Source of the DNA: Mobula hypostoma
Lineage: Eukaryota
Reading direction: 5' to 3'
DNA: 64,000 bases
NCBI RefSeq assembly: GCF_963921235.1
Contig: NC_086108.1
Span: 91,266,001 to 91,330,000 of the forward strand
Shown here: piece after piece, positions 1 through 12,110 of the stretch
Layout of the letters: every line of letters starts with the position of its first letter
Position numbering within the stretch: position 1 is the stretch's first letter
Translations under genes and position numbers: made by a program
Notes under the pieces: generated by a model
What the model was told of the DNA's origin: nothing
Database searches by the model: none
What the model saw: only the letters and a program-made list of their open reading frames with translations

Positions 1-366
1 GCAGCATCTATGGAGGGAAATGGGCAGTCTATGTTTTGGCTGAGACTCCATTGAAAATGTCTGCTGACAATTCACAAAAAGGATAGAAATAATGTAAATA
101 AAGAAATGTCTTAAGAAGTGACAGCTGTTGCAGGTTTGTTGAACATAAGGCTTGACTAAGTTCTTGACTGACTAATTTGGCTGAAAACCATGCAGAATTA
201 ACAGAATAATTTAATGACTGTAGTGCAGTTGATGATGCGTGTGTGGATTTTCTGAAGTGTTTGATACAATATATTTTAAGGCACATTAGTAATTTTAAAC
301 TCTGTGGGATACAAGGGGACATGTAAATCTAGAATGGAAATTTGTTTGAAGATGGTAAATAGAGAG

Positions 367-541
367 TATTGTGTCTGTACAACTACATATCAAATAAATA
401 AAGGCTCGTGCTTGGAAATGAAGTTAACTTGTATACTCGCGTTGCAGAGAGCAACAAATCAAAGCACATGGGTAAGTTATCAGTCAATAACTAGCACTAA
501 GTGGAATCATTGTGCTAAAAGAAATAGATCTGTACACTACA
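367..541 (-). repeat. 3' LTR of Gypsy element
   Basis: Aligns with 3842-4038 (ctgtacaactacatat...aaatagatctgtacac). PPT is adjacent. Confidence 0.9.
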
Positions 542-719
542 CTTCCTCCCCCTTCAGATTAACGTAACATAAAACTGTATATGTAACAAAACATTCAACT
601 TCCCTTTAGCAGACTATATTCAAATAAACAAGCTTTCACAACAAAAGTGTTTGCTTGATATATTTTTAAATAACAGTCCATAACTAACTTCACTATACTA
701 AAGATTCAGTCTTTTGGGG

Positions 720-2490
720 GGCACTCAGGATAGCACTTCTGGACCTGTGGAGTGGCATCAGGTTTTGCAGGTGTCTTCTCAAAGACAGCTTTCTCTGTTG
801 GAGGTGTCATGTTGCTGTTAGTAACATGATCATCACTGAGAGGTAAGTCCAGTGAATGCAATGTGTCTGTCTTGTTGGATGCAGACAGCCGAGGTGTGTT
901 CTATGGCTGGGCATCTAGTATCTGGTCCCCATGATGTCTCCTTGTATGATCTCCAGCATCCACTGTGTACCTCAAAGATCTCAACCCTGGGAGATGAAGG
1001 ATTTTCACCTAGAAGATGTATTAGATTAGATTAGATTATGAGGACACTCAGTCCTTGTTTATTGTCATTGTCAAAATGATACAATTTTCCTCTAGTATGA
1101 TATCACAGAAACACAGGACAGACCAAGACTAAAACTGACAAAAACCACGTAATTATAACATATAGTTACAACAGTGCAAAACAATACCGTTTGATAATAC
1201 AGCAATACCGTAATTTGATAAGAGCGGACCATGGGCACGGTAAAAAAAAGTTCTCAAAGTCCCGATAGCCCCAACATCTCACGCAGACGGTGGAAAGGAG
1301 AAACTCTCCCTGCCATGAGCCTCCAGCACCGGAAACTTACCGATGCAGCATCCTGGAAGCACCGACCACAGTCCGACTCTGAGTCCGTCCGAAAAACTTC
1401 GAGCCTCCGACCAACCCTCCAACACCGAGCACCAAGCACCATCTCTGCTGAGTGCTTCGACCCTGCCCTGGCCGCCGAGCAACAAGCAAAGCCGAGGACT
1501 CGGGGCCTTCCCCTCCGGAGATTTCGGATCACACAGAAGCAGCGGCAGCAAAACAGGCATTTCAGAAGTTTCACCAGATGTTCCTCCGTGCTCTCACGTC
1601 TGCCTCCATCAAATTAGGATTGTGCATGGCACCCTACTTGACAAGTAACAGATATTCATCACCAGATTGGCCGCATGCGCTGTGTTGCACCACCATCACT
1701 GGAGTCGTGTGAGAAAGTAGAAGCCACAGGGTCAATCAAACTTCTATCGACCCAGGACAGAGGATATGCTCCAATATGGGAGATAGGCTTAAGAAGAAGA
1801 TACATTATAATCAATAGATTCAGGTCAGTGCTATCTGTGGTCCAGTTCTTGTAGCTATTCTACCGGGTGTCCACTGTCTTCTCGGTAATCACACGTTAGG
1901 TCCAATCTCAAAGCTCCTTGCTGATTTACTTGTCAACTGGCTGAACTGTTTATTCTGCACTTCTTCTGTAGATCTGGTTTCACGACATCTATGCAAGACC
2001 TCAGATTCCTGCTCATGAACAGCATTCCAGGTGTTTGATACGTTGTCACATGAACAGAATTCCGATACACAAAAAGGAAGATGTCCACCCTGTGCTGACG
2101 AGAAATGTCCTCCTTTTCCATGGCGTTAATGGACTTCTTGAAGGTTTGGACAAAGCTTTCAGCTAATCCATTCATTGCTGAGTGGTGAGGAGCTGACTTG
2201 CAACGTTTGACGCCATGTTTCTTCATGAATAGTTTGAAATCTTCTTATGTGTATCGTGGTCCTTTATCACCCGTAATTTGTTTTTGTAAGCTGTTTCTGA
2301 AGAAGATAGTCCTCAGAGCAGAAGCAGTCTTCTCTGATGTGGTTGATTTAATTGATATAACCTCCGGCCACTTAATATGAGCATTTACAGCAATCAGAAA
2401 CATGGAGTTCATGAATGGCCAGCAAAGTCAATATGTACTCTTTGCCATGATGTAAAGGTGTCTGTGGGGGAACATTTTGAACTTTGATTT
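720..2490 (-). pseudogene. Gypsy integrase, disrupted and interrupted by insertions
   Basis: WQRVHIDFAG near 2418-2450. ORF 1933-2226 contains SAPHHSAMNGLAESFVQTFK..YRNSVHVTT. WTPGRIATRTGP near 1840-1875 resumes as YTV near 970. Confidence 0.85.
1021..1697 (-). mobile_element. Non-autonomous LINE-tailed retroposon inserted in the Gypsy integrase
   Basis: (TCTAA)n tail at 1021-1038 with ACAATAAA upstream. GC-rich non-coding body. The 5' end starts with a GATGG (YY1-like) motif. Confidence 0.65.
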
Positions 2491-2519
2491 GAAACATTTT
2501 GAAACAGCTCTTGGTCAAG

Positions 2520-3620
2520 TCTGATTGGGATTTTTCTTAGCTATGCCGCGTCTCTGCTTTTCAACACATAAGCCTCTAACTGCTGCGGTTTGCCTCTGTG
2601 CATCACATTCACTTTCAATTTGCCTGTAGGAAACACTTTTCATCTTTGTAGATCTTCAGCATCACTGAATTATTTTCTAATGGTAACTTAGAAAACAGTT
2701 TGTTATAATCAGTCTTTGAAATAACTGACAAAGCTGACCCTGTATCCAGCTCCATTTTCAGTTTTACACCAGACGCGTCGTTTGTGATCCAGATGGATTT
2801 GCGATCTGCTTCAGTAATGCTATGTAGCTCTAGGCATGACAGCTCACCTTTGTCAGATTCTGTGTTGTTTGATTAAGTTTCAATTCAGTCATTTTATGCA
2901 TTTGTTTAGTTTTGTGTTTGAAACTCTTTTTCTCTTTTGTTGTGCTTTTAGTCAGACTTGCACACATTCTCTATGTGGCCTTGTCTGTGACACAGTCTGC
3001 AAACATTTTCTTTGAACCAGTCATTTGCATCAAGGGAGGATTTGCCACACTTCAATAACATTTTGGACGCTTTGCACCATACAGGGACATTTTGTGCATC
3101 TCACATTCTAACTTCTTTTTCTGTAGTTCTGGCCCATCCTTTGCTGCTGTCTCCATTGATATTGCAATGGTCAATGCCCGTTCTAATGTTAGGTCTCTTT
3201 CTGACAGTAGCCACTTTTGAGTGCTTTGAATATGCATGCCACCTATAAGCTTGCCTCTTAATGCATCAGAAAGTCTATCTCTAAAGTCACAGTATTGGCA
3301 AAGTATGTCCAATTCCGCAATGCTTTTATCCTTTCACTGCATCCTTCTGTGAAATCCAAATCCCTCAGCTATTAGTAGCAGCTTTGGGCTCAATTAATTT
3401 TGTAAAATTTCAACAATTTTGTCGAATATCTTGGTTACTGGCTTTTCAGGAGTTCCTAAATTGCATAAAAGACAGCACCCACTAAGCTAAGAAGTGTGGA
3501 GACATTCTTCTCCTCATCCACGTCGTTAGCATTACAATATAGATCAACCCTCTCCACATGTGATTCCCAGTCCTCATTAGTACTACCAGATTTGTCAACT
3601 TTCCGGACTCAGGCCATCAT
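2520..3620 (-). pseudogene. Gypsy gag (Zn knuckle) plus aspartic protease, disrupted
   Basis: ORF 3052-3312 (QYCDFRDRLSDALRG..LLSERDLTLERALTIA). CRLCHRQGHIENVC knuckle near 2960-3005. LKMELDTGSALSVI protease motif near 2722-2762. Confidence 0.85.
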
Positions 3621-3841
3621 GACATTATTTTCACTTTAGCTTTGCTAGTTGTGTGTGCATTACCATGTACTGTGCACTGTCACTCACGTACCCTTGTGCT
3701 AGCATACATGACTGCTTTCTCTGTACTGGGTCCCTCTTTCCTCTTGCTGTATCCCACTCTCCCTCCAAATTCTGTCATCTCATAACTGCCAGTGCAGTTA
3801 TTGATATTAGTTGACATTCAGGTTCGTACACATCACCAATT

Positions 3842-4038
3842 TGTTTTGCCTGTACAACTACATATGAAACAAATAAAGGCAAGCACTCGCAGGTGAAATT
3901 AACATATATTCACTTTGCAGAGAGAGGGAGAGAGAGAGAGAGAGAGAGCAACAAATCAATGCACATGGGTAAGTAATCAGTCAATAAGTAGTGCGAAGGG
4001 GAGTCATTGTACTTCAAGAAATAGATCTGTACACCACA
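3842..4038 (-). repeat. 5' LTR of Gypsy element, with (GA)n expansion
   Basis: TG...CA termini. Homologous to 367-541. PBS-like sequence is adjacent. Confidence 0.9.
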
Positions 4039-4347
4039 GAGAGTGCTGGTTAAATGCTGTTTCTCAAACACTCGCTGGCACAGTGTCAGCATTTGATATC
4101 AGGACTATCGTCTTCATGATATATTATCACTATCTGGAAATGGTCAGATGGGATAGCATTTCAAATTTTTCATGTTATAAAACTTGGAAACAGGAAGGAT
4201 GCCATGAACAGACTGGTAAAACAAAGGTAGAAATTAATGCATTTTGGAAGGTAATCAACAAAAGTGATGACTTCTGTCTCTAGTCATCTTCCTTCTAACC
4301 AATTCAGTTCACCTCCTAATGAGACCCTCCTCCAGTAAGTTATGGCT

Positions 4348-4672
4348 CCAAAGTTCAAAGTAAATTTATTATCGAAGTACTCTACATGTACATCTCTCCA
4401 TACAGCCCTGAGCTTCATTTTCTTGTGGGCGTACACAGTAAATCCAAGAAACGCAATAGAATCAATGAATAACCACACCCAGCACATGACGGACAAACAA
4501 CCAGTGTGCAAAAGCAATAAAATGTGCAAATACGAAAGAGAAAAAAATGCTACTAAATAAATAAGCAGTAAATATTAAGAACATGAGATGAAAAGTCTTT
4601 GAAAGTGAGTCCATAGGTTGTGGGGACTTTCCAGTAATAGGGTGAGTGAAGAGCCTGATCGTTGAGGGGTGG
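4348..4672 (-). mobile_element. Rex1/Babar-type 3' UTR fragment
   Basis: ATAAATTTACTTTGAACTT tail. Homologous to 46705-47040 and 8720-8850. Confidence 0.65.
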
Positions 4673-5557
4673 CTCATATCCAGTCTAGCAAATCCCATAA
4701 ACAAGTTCATGCAAACCTTTGATGCGCATATCCTGACGCGTCAATCATTTTATTCACTTCTTCTCATTGAATCCACACTGGCAATCAGTCTGGCAAAGCC
4801 TCATGCTTAGAATTTTGATACTTGTTTTCATATTCTTCCTTTGCCCTACCCCTTCCTACCTCTATAATTTCACCCAGCCCCGTAAGCAAATGGAACAGAT
4901 CCCAAGACGTTCAAGCATGTGAATAATAATGCAAGCTCTTGCGTAGGAATGCCACAAGGATTCCTTAGTTTCATAAACAAAGGGCATTTAGTTAAAATTG
5001 CCAGAAAACTATGCCAAAGTTTATGAATTATTTATCAAAAAATTGGAGGAAAGATTTACTAAAACCATTGCAGAGCAGCAAGGCTTATTGCCTGGGGATA
5101 TTAGAAATTCTGGCATTCTATTAGAGAGAGCAGCTAATGTTAAGCAGAGGTGGTGTTCAAAACCATGTAGGATTTTGTTGGAATAATTAAAAAGAAACTG
5201 TTTCAAATGGTAATAGCACATTGACACCGCTTTAGAGCTGATTGTCTCACAGCTCCAATGATCTGAATTCATCTGGTGATGGAGTTTTCATTCTCTCCTC
5301 GTGATCACTTAGTACACTAGGTTCCACCTCTCAAAGAAGTGATGGTTGGTAGGTCATTGCCTCTCGAGTGTGGTTGAGTGGTAGAATCTGGAAGCAGTTA
5401 ATTGGAATTGGAGAAATAAAACAAAATGGGTGCTTGGTAGTTGGTACAGACCTGAAGAGTTGAAGTGTCTGTTTCCCTGCTGTATAACTTTATGACCAAA
5501 TAATTAAGGACACGACCCACCCAGCCAACACACTTTTCGTCCCTCTTTCCTCCGGGA

Positions 5558-5862
5558 GAAGGCTCAGGAGCTTGATGACTCATATGGCCAGATTTGGGAA
5601 CAGCTTCTTTCCAACTGTGATAAGCCTGCTGAACGGATCCTGACCCGGTTCTGGGCCATACCCTCCAAATATCCGGACCTGCCTCGGTTTTTTTTGCACT
5701 ACCTTCTTTCCATTTTTCTATTTTCTACTTATGATTTATAATTTAAATTTTTGATACTCACTATCGATTTGTAATCCAGGGAGCGGGAAGCGCTGAATCA
5801 AATATGCTATGATGATTGTACGTTCTAGTATCAATTGTTTGGCGACAATAAAGTATAAAGTA
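5558..5862 (+). mobile_element. Rex1/Babar-type 3' end
   Basis: RFGNSFFPTVISLLN C-terminal motif. ACAATAAAGTATAAAGTA tail. Confidence 0.7.
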
Positions 5863-6045
5863 CTGGGTGCAGAATTAAGGCTGTTAGTGAGAGAACAAGA
5901 GGTGAGGTGAGAAGAGTATTTTTCATGCAGTGAGTTATTAAGACCTAGAATGTGCCGTCTGAAGGGGTGTATGAGCCAGATTTAATACTGACTTCAAACA
6001 GCAATTATAGAAGATGTTTTAAAATGATGAATTTGGTGAGCTTAA

Positions 6046-8412
6046 GACAGTGGAGAGTGGCTGAAGGGGTGTGGATCCCGAAGGAGGAAAATGCCACCCA
6101 GATAGATCAGTTTCACATCATCTCCCTGCTGTGTGTCGAGGCGAAGATGTTCTTCAGTACCGGTTCTAACCGGCTGTGCACCTACCTAGCAAAGAACACC
6201 TATATTTATACATCAGTCCAGAAGGGTGGCATTTCAGGGATGCTGGGCTGTCTGGGGCATATCGGTGTGGTGACACAGCTCATCAGGGAGGCCAGAGAGA
6301 ACAAGGGCAACCTGTCAGTGTTGTGGCTCGACCTGGCAAATGCATATGGCTCCATTCTGCACAAGCTGGTGCAGGTCACACTGACCAAATATCATGTCCC
6401 CAGCAGAATCAGAGACCTTATCGCTGATTATTACAGCAACGTCAGGATGAGGGTTCATCTTCAGGAGCAATTACATCAACCTGGCACAAGGTGGAGATCG
6501 GCATCATCACAGGGTGCACTATCTCAGTGACACTGTTCTCCCTAGCCATGAACATGCTCACTAAGTCTGCTGAACCAGAGTGCAGAGGGCCCAGAATGAA
6601 TTCCGCTCAATGGCAACCAACTATCAGGGCATTCATGGATGACCTCACAGTCACCACAGAATCAGTCCCAGGCTGCCGGTGGATTCTGCAAGGGCTCAAA
6701 AAGCTGGTGGAGTGGGCCCGGATGTGTTTCAAACCTGCCAAATCAAGATCGATGGTGCTGAGGAAAGGGAAGGTGGAGAACAAGTTCCGGTTCAGCATCG
6801 CAGGCACAGCCATCCCAACCATCACAGAAAAGCCAGTCAAGAGCTTAGGCAAAGTTTTTGACAGCTCTTTAAGGGACACAACATCCATTCAGGCAACCTG
6901 CACCGAGTTGGATGGCTGGCTGAAATCTGTGGACAAGTCTGGCCTACCTGGGAAGTTTAAAGCCTGGGTGTATCAGCATCGCATTCTTCCCAGAATCCTG
7001 TGGCCCCTCCTCATCTAAGCAGTTCTGATCTTGACAGTTGAAACCTTAGAGAGGAGGGTTAGCAACCACCTCAGGAGATGGCTGGGGCTGCCAAAGAGCC
7101 TGAGCAGCATCGCACTCTATGGACACCACAACAAACTGCAACTGCCCTTCAAATCCTTGGAGGAAGAGTTCAAGGTAACAAGAGCCAGAGAAGTGCTACA
7201 GTATAGGGACTCAAGTGACCCGAAGGTGGCTAGAGCAGGGATCCAAGTAAGTACTGGCAGGAAGTGGAGGGCAGAGGAAGCTGTTCAGGAGGCAGAGGCG
7301 AGGCTGCGTCACAGGAGGCTGGTGGGAGTGGTCACACAAGGCTGAGCTGGGCTAGGATCCTTTCCAACTCCCCAAATGGACACCAGAGGGAAGGAAAGGC
7401 GTCGTCTAGTTCAGGAGGAGGTGAGAGCAGTAGTGGAGGAGATGAGAGCCTGCAAGGTGGTGGGAATGAAGCAATAGGGAGCTTGGACAAGATGGGAGAA
7501 TGCGGTTGAGAGGGAAGTGACCTGGGCTGATCTTTGGAAAGCTGAACCACACCGCATCCAATTTCTCATCCAGGCAGTGTACGATGTGCTTCCAAGCCCA
7601 TCAAACCTGCACACATGGGGCAAGGCAGAGTCATCTGTGTGCCCACTGTGCTCCAAGTGAGGAACCCTGGAGCACATCCTCAGTGGCTGTGCAAGGGCAC
7701 TTGGTGAGGGATGGTACAGGTGGAGGCATGATCAGGTCCTGAAGGCCATCGCTGAAGCCGTCAGCGCAGGAGTTGGGTGGGCGAAGCGTTCCCGACCCTC
7801 CAAGCAGACCATTACCTTTATCAGAGCTGGGGAGCAGCCAATACCTGCCAAAAGAACATCTGCAGGCATTCTGACCTCTGCAAGGGACTGGCAACTGTTG
7901 GTGGACCTCGAAGGACAGCTGAAGTTCCCCAACCATATCGCAGCCACCACCCTGTGACCAGACATTGTCCTAGTGTCTGAGTCTACTAAGCAAGTGGTGC
8001 TGCTGGAGCTGACAGTCCCATGGGAAGATCGCTTGGAAGAGGCCTTTGAAAGGAAGCTCTCCAAGTACGCAGGACTGGTCAGCAACTGTCAGCAGGCTGA
8101 ATGGAGAGCGAGGTGTCTCCCAGTGGAGGGTGGTTGTAGGGGATTCGTAGCCCGTTCTTTAGTTAGAGCCTTCAGCATTTTGGGCATCGAGGGAGAGAGG
8201 AAGAGGAGAGCCATCCGCAGTACCACCGATGCGGCAGAGAGGGCCTCAAGATGGCTGTGGCTCAAAAGAGGGGAGCCATGGAGTCATAAGTAGCTAGCCA
8301 TCTGGACACAAGCTGGGGTCTGATCAGCCCTGGCTGGGTCACCTGGAGGAGGTTGTATGATGTTGAAAGACCCGAAACACCCGATGATTCCAGGAACATC
8401 ACTGAAGATGTA
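6046..8412 (+). mobile_element. HERO-clade non-LTR retrotransposon (RT, CCHC, restriction-like endonuclease), 5'-truncated and inactivated
   Basis: IPKEE..IISLL, QKGG, LWLDLANAYGS, GIITGCTIS and AFMDDL RT motifs. CPLC..LEHILSGC Zn finger, RWRHDQVL, and PDIV..ELTVPWE (PD-(D/E)xK). Has a frameshift and several stops. Confidence 0.9.
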
Positions 8413-8877
8413 TGTACACAGCACAGAGAAAAGTAGGCCATATGGCTTTGTTACACATTGTCAGGTTCTGTGCGATAATCATATGAAGTAAGATGTTATT
8501 AGATGCCAATATTGTTGTAATTTAAACCAGTTCATCCAGTTTACTGCTTTTCTATCACGTGGCAGGTGGGAAGTTAATACAACAGGCTGCACACTTCTGC
8601 CACAAGGCTTTTCTCTTCACATCCAAAGAGAAAATAAACAGAGAACAAATAGCTTATTAATTGGCACTACTTGAGAGTTGGTAACAATATAGTTGAGTTA
8701 AGTAACATAGTCCAAGTACAAAGTTCAAAGTAAATTTATTATCAAAGTGTGTATACGTTACCATATACTACTCTGAAATTCATTTTCTTGTCAGCATTCA
8801 CAGAAAATACAAAGAAATATAATAGAAATAATGAAAAACTACATTGATAATTGAATAATAATGACTGGTGGTATGGG

Positions 8878-9410
8878 GCCTAAGTTTCTGGCACCTTATC
8901 TAAGAAAGGATGTGCTTACATTGGAGAGGGTTCAAAGGGGGTTCAAGACAGTGATGGAAATGCTTATCTTATGAGAAGCATTTGATGGCTCTGGGCCTGT
9001 ACTCACTGGAATTCAAAAGAATGTGGGGGGATCTCATTGAAGCGTATGAAAGGCCTTGATATGGTAGAGTTGCAAAGGATGTTTCCTATTGTGGTGGAAT
9101 CTAAGACTGGAGGACACAGCCGCAGAATAGAGAGATGTCCATTTAGGACAGTGATGAAGAGGAATTTCTTTAGCTAGTGAGAGGTGAACCTGTGGAATTC
9201 GTTGCCACAGGTGGCTGTAGAAGCCAAGTAATTGGGTATTTTTAAGGCAGAGATTGATAAATTCTTGTTTAGTCAGGGCATGAAGGGATACAGGAAGGAG
9301 GTGGAAGATTGGGACTAAGAGCAAATTGGATCAGCCATAATGTAATGACAGAGCAGAATTGATGGGCCAAATGACTTAATTCTGCTCCTGCATCTTATGG
9401 TCTTATGGTC
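8878..9410 (+). mobile_element. CR1 LINE 3' fragment
   Basis: PYLRKDVLTLERVQ remnant. (TCTTATGG)n tail. Confidence 0.85.
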
Positions 9411-10004
9411 CATTAACTATCAGGAAGAGACTGGACATATATAGGATTAGTTTCCCTGAGGCATCATAAGAGAAAGGGAAAGCAGAAACATGATTGGAAT
9501 GAAGATTTGGGTCAGTTTTGGTTTATGAAAGCCATAATACATTTTAGACACTGTCATAGTAATCCTGGATTCATTCTTAACTACCCCTGTGCAAAAATCA
9601 TCACCTTGAGATGGTGTTAAAACACGACATTTCTTCACAATGTCACAACATGTCACAGTTATGTTACAGAATTAACAACCCGGAAGATTGTCAATTTAAA
9701 TTCTGCCTTGATATATGGTAAGATAACTGTGAGTTAGCATGAATTGTCAAAAAATTCAACTGGATCATTACTGCCTTGTATTTTTTGGCAAGGAAACGTC
9801 CTCCTCTATTTAAACTGCTCAATCCATTCATTGCGGCTTATAATATGGCTGAAGCTTACTAGCTTCTCCTGTGATAACCAGAATTTATATTCACAGGAAA
9901 TATATTCTTGTATTCTACTGATATTCATTGATACTGGTTATTTTGTCCTCATTCTAGTCATACTGATTTACCTATCCCAACAATAATGAACTTGCTGCCA
10001 AACT

Positions 10005-10770
10005 ATAGGAGGGGTGTGGAGGATTTTGGGAGAGTGTAGGAAGGTTCACCAAGATGTTGCCTGAATAAGGAGAGAATGGGCATACTTGGATTATTTTCCC
10101 TGGAGCTCAGGGGCGACCTGAAGGAAGTATAAAAAAGATTAGCTTTCTTTGTCACATGTACATTGAGACATACAGCAAGATGCATCGTTTGCATCAACGA
10201 CCAGCACAGTCCGAGTACCTGCTGGGGCAGCCCACAAGTGTCACTGTGCTTCCGGCACCAACACAGGGTGCTCACAACTTACTAACCCCAACCATAATGT
10301 TTTTTGGAATGTGGGAGGAAACTAGAGCATCCAGAGGAAACCCACACGGGCCACAGGGACGATGTACGAACTCTTTGCAGACACTTTTAGGAATTGAACA
10401 CCAATTAGCGATCGTTGGCACTGTAAAGTGTCGTGCTAACTGCAATGCTACCATGTTGACTGGACTTCTGAAAACTATGAGGGATAGAAAATGTGGACGG
10501 TGAGAGTCTATGTGAAATACTGAAGGGCATAGTTTTACGGTGAAATTGTAAAGGAGATTTATGAGGTACTTAATTTTACACAGAGAGTGATTGGTAACTG
10601 GAACATGCTGCCAGGATAGGTGGATATGATGGCAATGTTTAAGAGGTGTTTAGACAGCACATGAACAGACAGAGCATGGAGGGATATGGAATATGTAAAA
10701 TAACATGCCAACAGACTGACATTGTGGTCAGCTCAGACATTGTGGGCCGAATGGTCTTTCCTTTGCTGTC
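10005..10770 (+). mobile_element. Old CR1 3' fragment split by a SINE
   Basis: LESVGRFTKML and LGLFSLE remnants before 10135. CR1 3' UTR resumes after about 10470. Confidence 0.6.
10138..10456 (-). mobile_element. HE1/V-domain tRNA-SINE with Rex-type tail
   Basis: V-domain (gtgggtttcctctggatgctctagtttcctcccacattccaaa in rc). The tail is GTACATGTGACAAAGAAAGCTAAT. Confidence 0.75.
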
Positions 10771-11297
10771 CTACCTACTGCCCATTCTGCCGCTGGAGTT
10801 TAAAACAGCAATGAAAGTCTTCCATCTCTGGTGGTGTTCAGGGCTTCCTTCATCTTGTCAGTAACTTCTCAGTTTTCACTACTGTCAGTCAGTGATTCAA
10901 GAACAGCTTCGTCCCCTCTGCCATCCGACTCTCAAATGGACATTGAGCCCACGAACATGATTTTTAATCTATTCAATATAGATATACCATGTTTGATTTA
11001 CTTATTTATTTACTTTAACTTTTTTTCTTCTATATTATGTACCGTATTGAACTGCTGCTGCTATGTTAACAAATTTCGTGACACATGCCGGGGCTAATAA
11101 AAGTCCCAGGTGAAGATTCAGGAATACCATCGCACACAGATGTAGAAGGATTCTCCATTGCTGTTTCCATAACAGTTTTGTTTTACCAGCCAAGGTTGTT
11201 AGCCCTGAGCCTGGAAGACCGAGAGACCACTCTTAATTTGGCCTCTACCCTTCAATCTGTTTGGCATGGGTGACCCTACCAAGAGCCAAAGCATAAA
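10771..11297 (-). mobile_element. RTE-derived non-autonomous element (5' leader fused to 3' end), split by a Rex-type tail at about 10892-11102
   Basis: The leader (ggtagggtcacccatgccaaacag) matches 11865-12020. The 3' end encodes an RTE-like C-terminus, RWKTFIAVLNSSGRMGSR*. Confidence 0.65.
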
Positions 11298-11774
11298 TAT
11301 GATATTCTGCATGTATAATAAATGAGGGTATACCTTGTCAATGTGGTGAATGGATTTACCAGCATGACAGTTGAGGAAATCTATGGAATCCACCAACACA
11401 TTGGAAGTGTCCTGTGATTGCTGTTCTGCTGTGTGGAAGGATGAGGGAAGCTCAGTGAAAAAAGAAATGGTGAACACACCTGAAGAGTGTGGAAGGAGAA
11501 ATAGAAGGGAAAAAAGGAGGGAGAATTTGAAACAAAGAAACATGTTAGATATATTCAATATTTATTACACAACCACAATGGCATCAAGAAATAATAAGGT
11601 CAGATTCTTTGAGTAGAAAGCTTTGATAATAACTTTAAAAATATCAAGAGTCTTTTATAAAGTGGTGGGGGGTGCTCTAGAAAATAGGCCCCACTGAGCC
11701 ACATAGGCCTCCAAACCCCACGACAGGGTTGTGGTCCTCTTGGAAGCTGTAAACCATCAGTACTGAACTCTCTG

Positions 11775-12110
11775 TTATGGCCTCCAAGAGGACCACACCT
11801 TGTCACAGGGATTTCAGGCTTGCATGCCTCAATGACCCAGAGATCTACGTTGGCTGGAGTCAGGGTCTTGTGCTTTGGCTCATGGTAGGGTCACCCATGC
11901 CAAACAGGTCAAAGGGCAGAGGCCTGACTAAGTGTGGTCCATTGATGTTCCAGGTTCAGGGGTTTGGCTCAGGGCTAACAACCCTAATTGGTCAAAAAAA
12001 AAATTGTTACGGAAACAGCAAAAAATGCAGCATAATAGGCAGAAACTAACTTGATGGTTTCTGGGTAGGACCCTTCCAGGATGAATTGTGTCAGGAGTTA
12101 TTAATATCAA
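11775..12110 (+). mobile_element. RTE/BovB-like 5' leader
   Basis: ggaccacaccttgtc...ggcttg..ctcaatga...cacccat..acaggtc...gtgtggtcca resembles RTE/BovB 5' UTRs. An inverted partial copy lies at 11688-11752. Confidence 0.6.

Larger units (their letters stand above)
367..4038 (-). mobile_element. Ty3/Gypsy LTR retrotransposon, internally deleted (gag-PR-IN, no RT/RNase H), degenerate
   Basis: Two homologous LTRs (367-541, 3842-4038). TSD GAGAG at 362-366 and 4039-4043. On the minus strand a PBS-like TGGTG follows the 5' LTR and a PPT (rc of 542-555, GAAGGGGGAGGAAG) precedes the 3' LTR. Gag, protease and integrase motifs lie inside. Confidence 0.93.

Noticed and set aside
1231..1712. Cluster of overlapping ORFs on both strands
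   Set aside because: GC-rich non-coding retroposon body with no recognisable domain.
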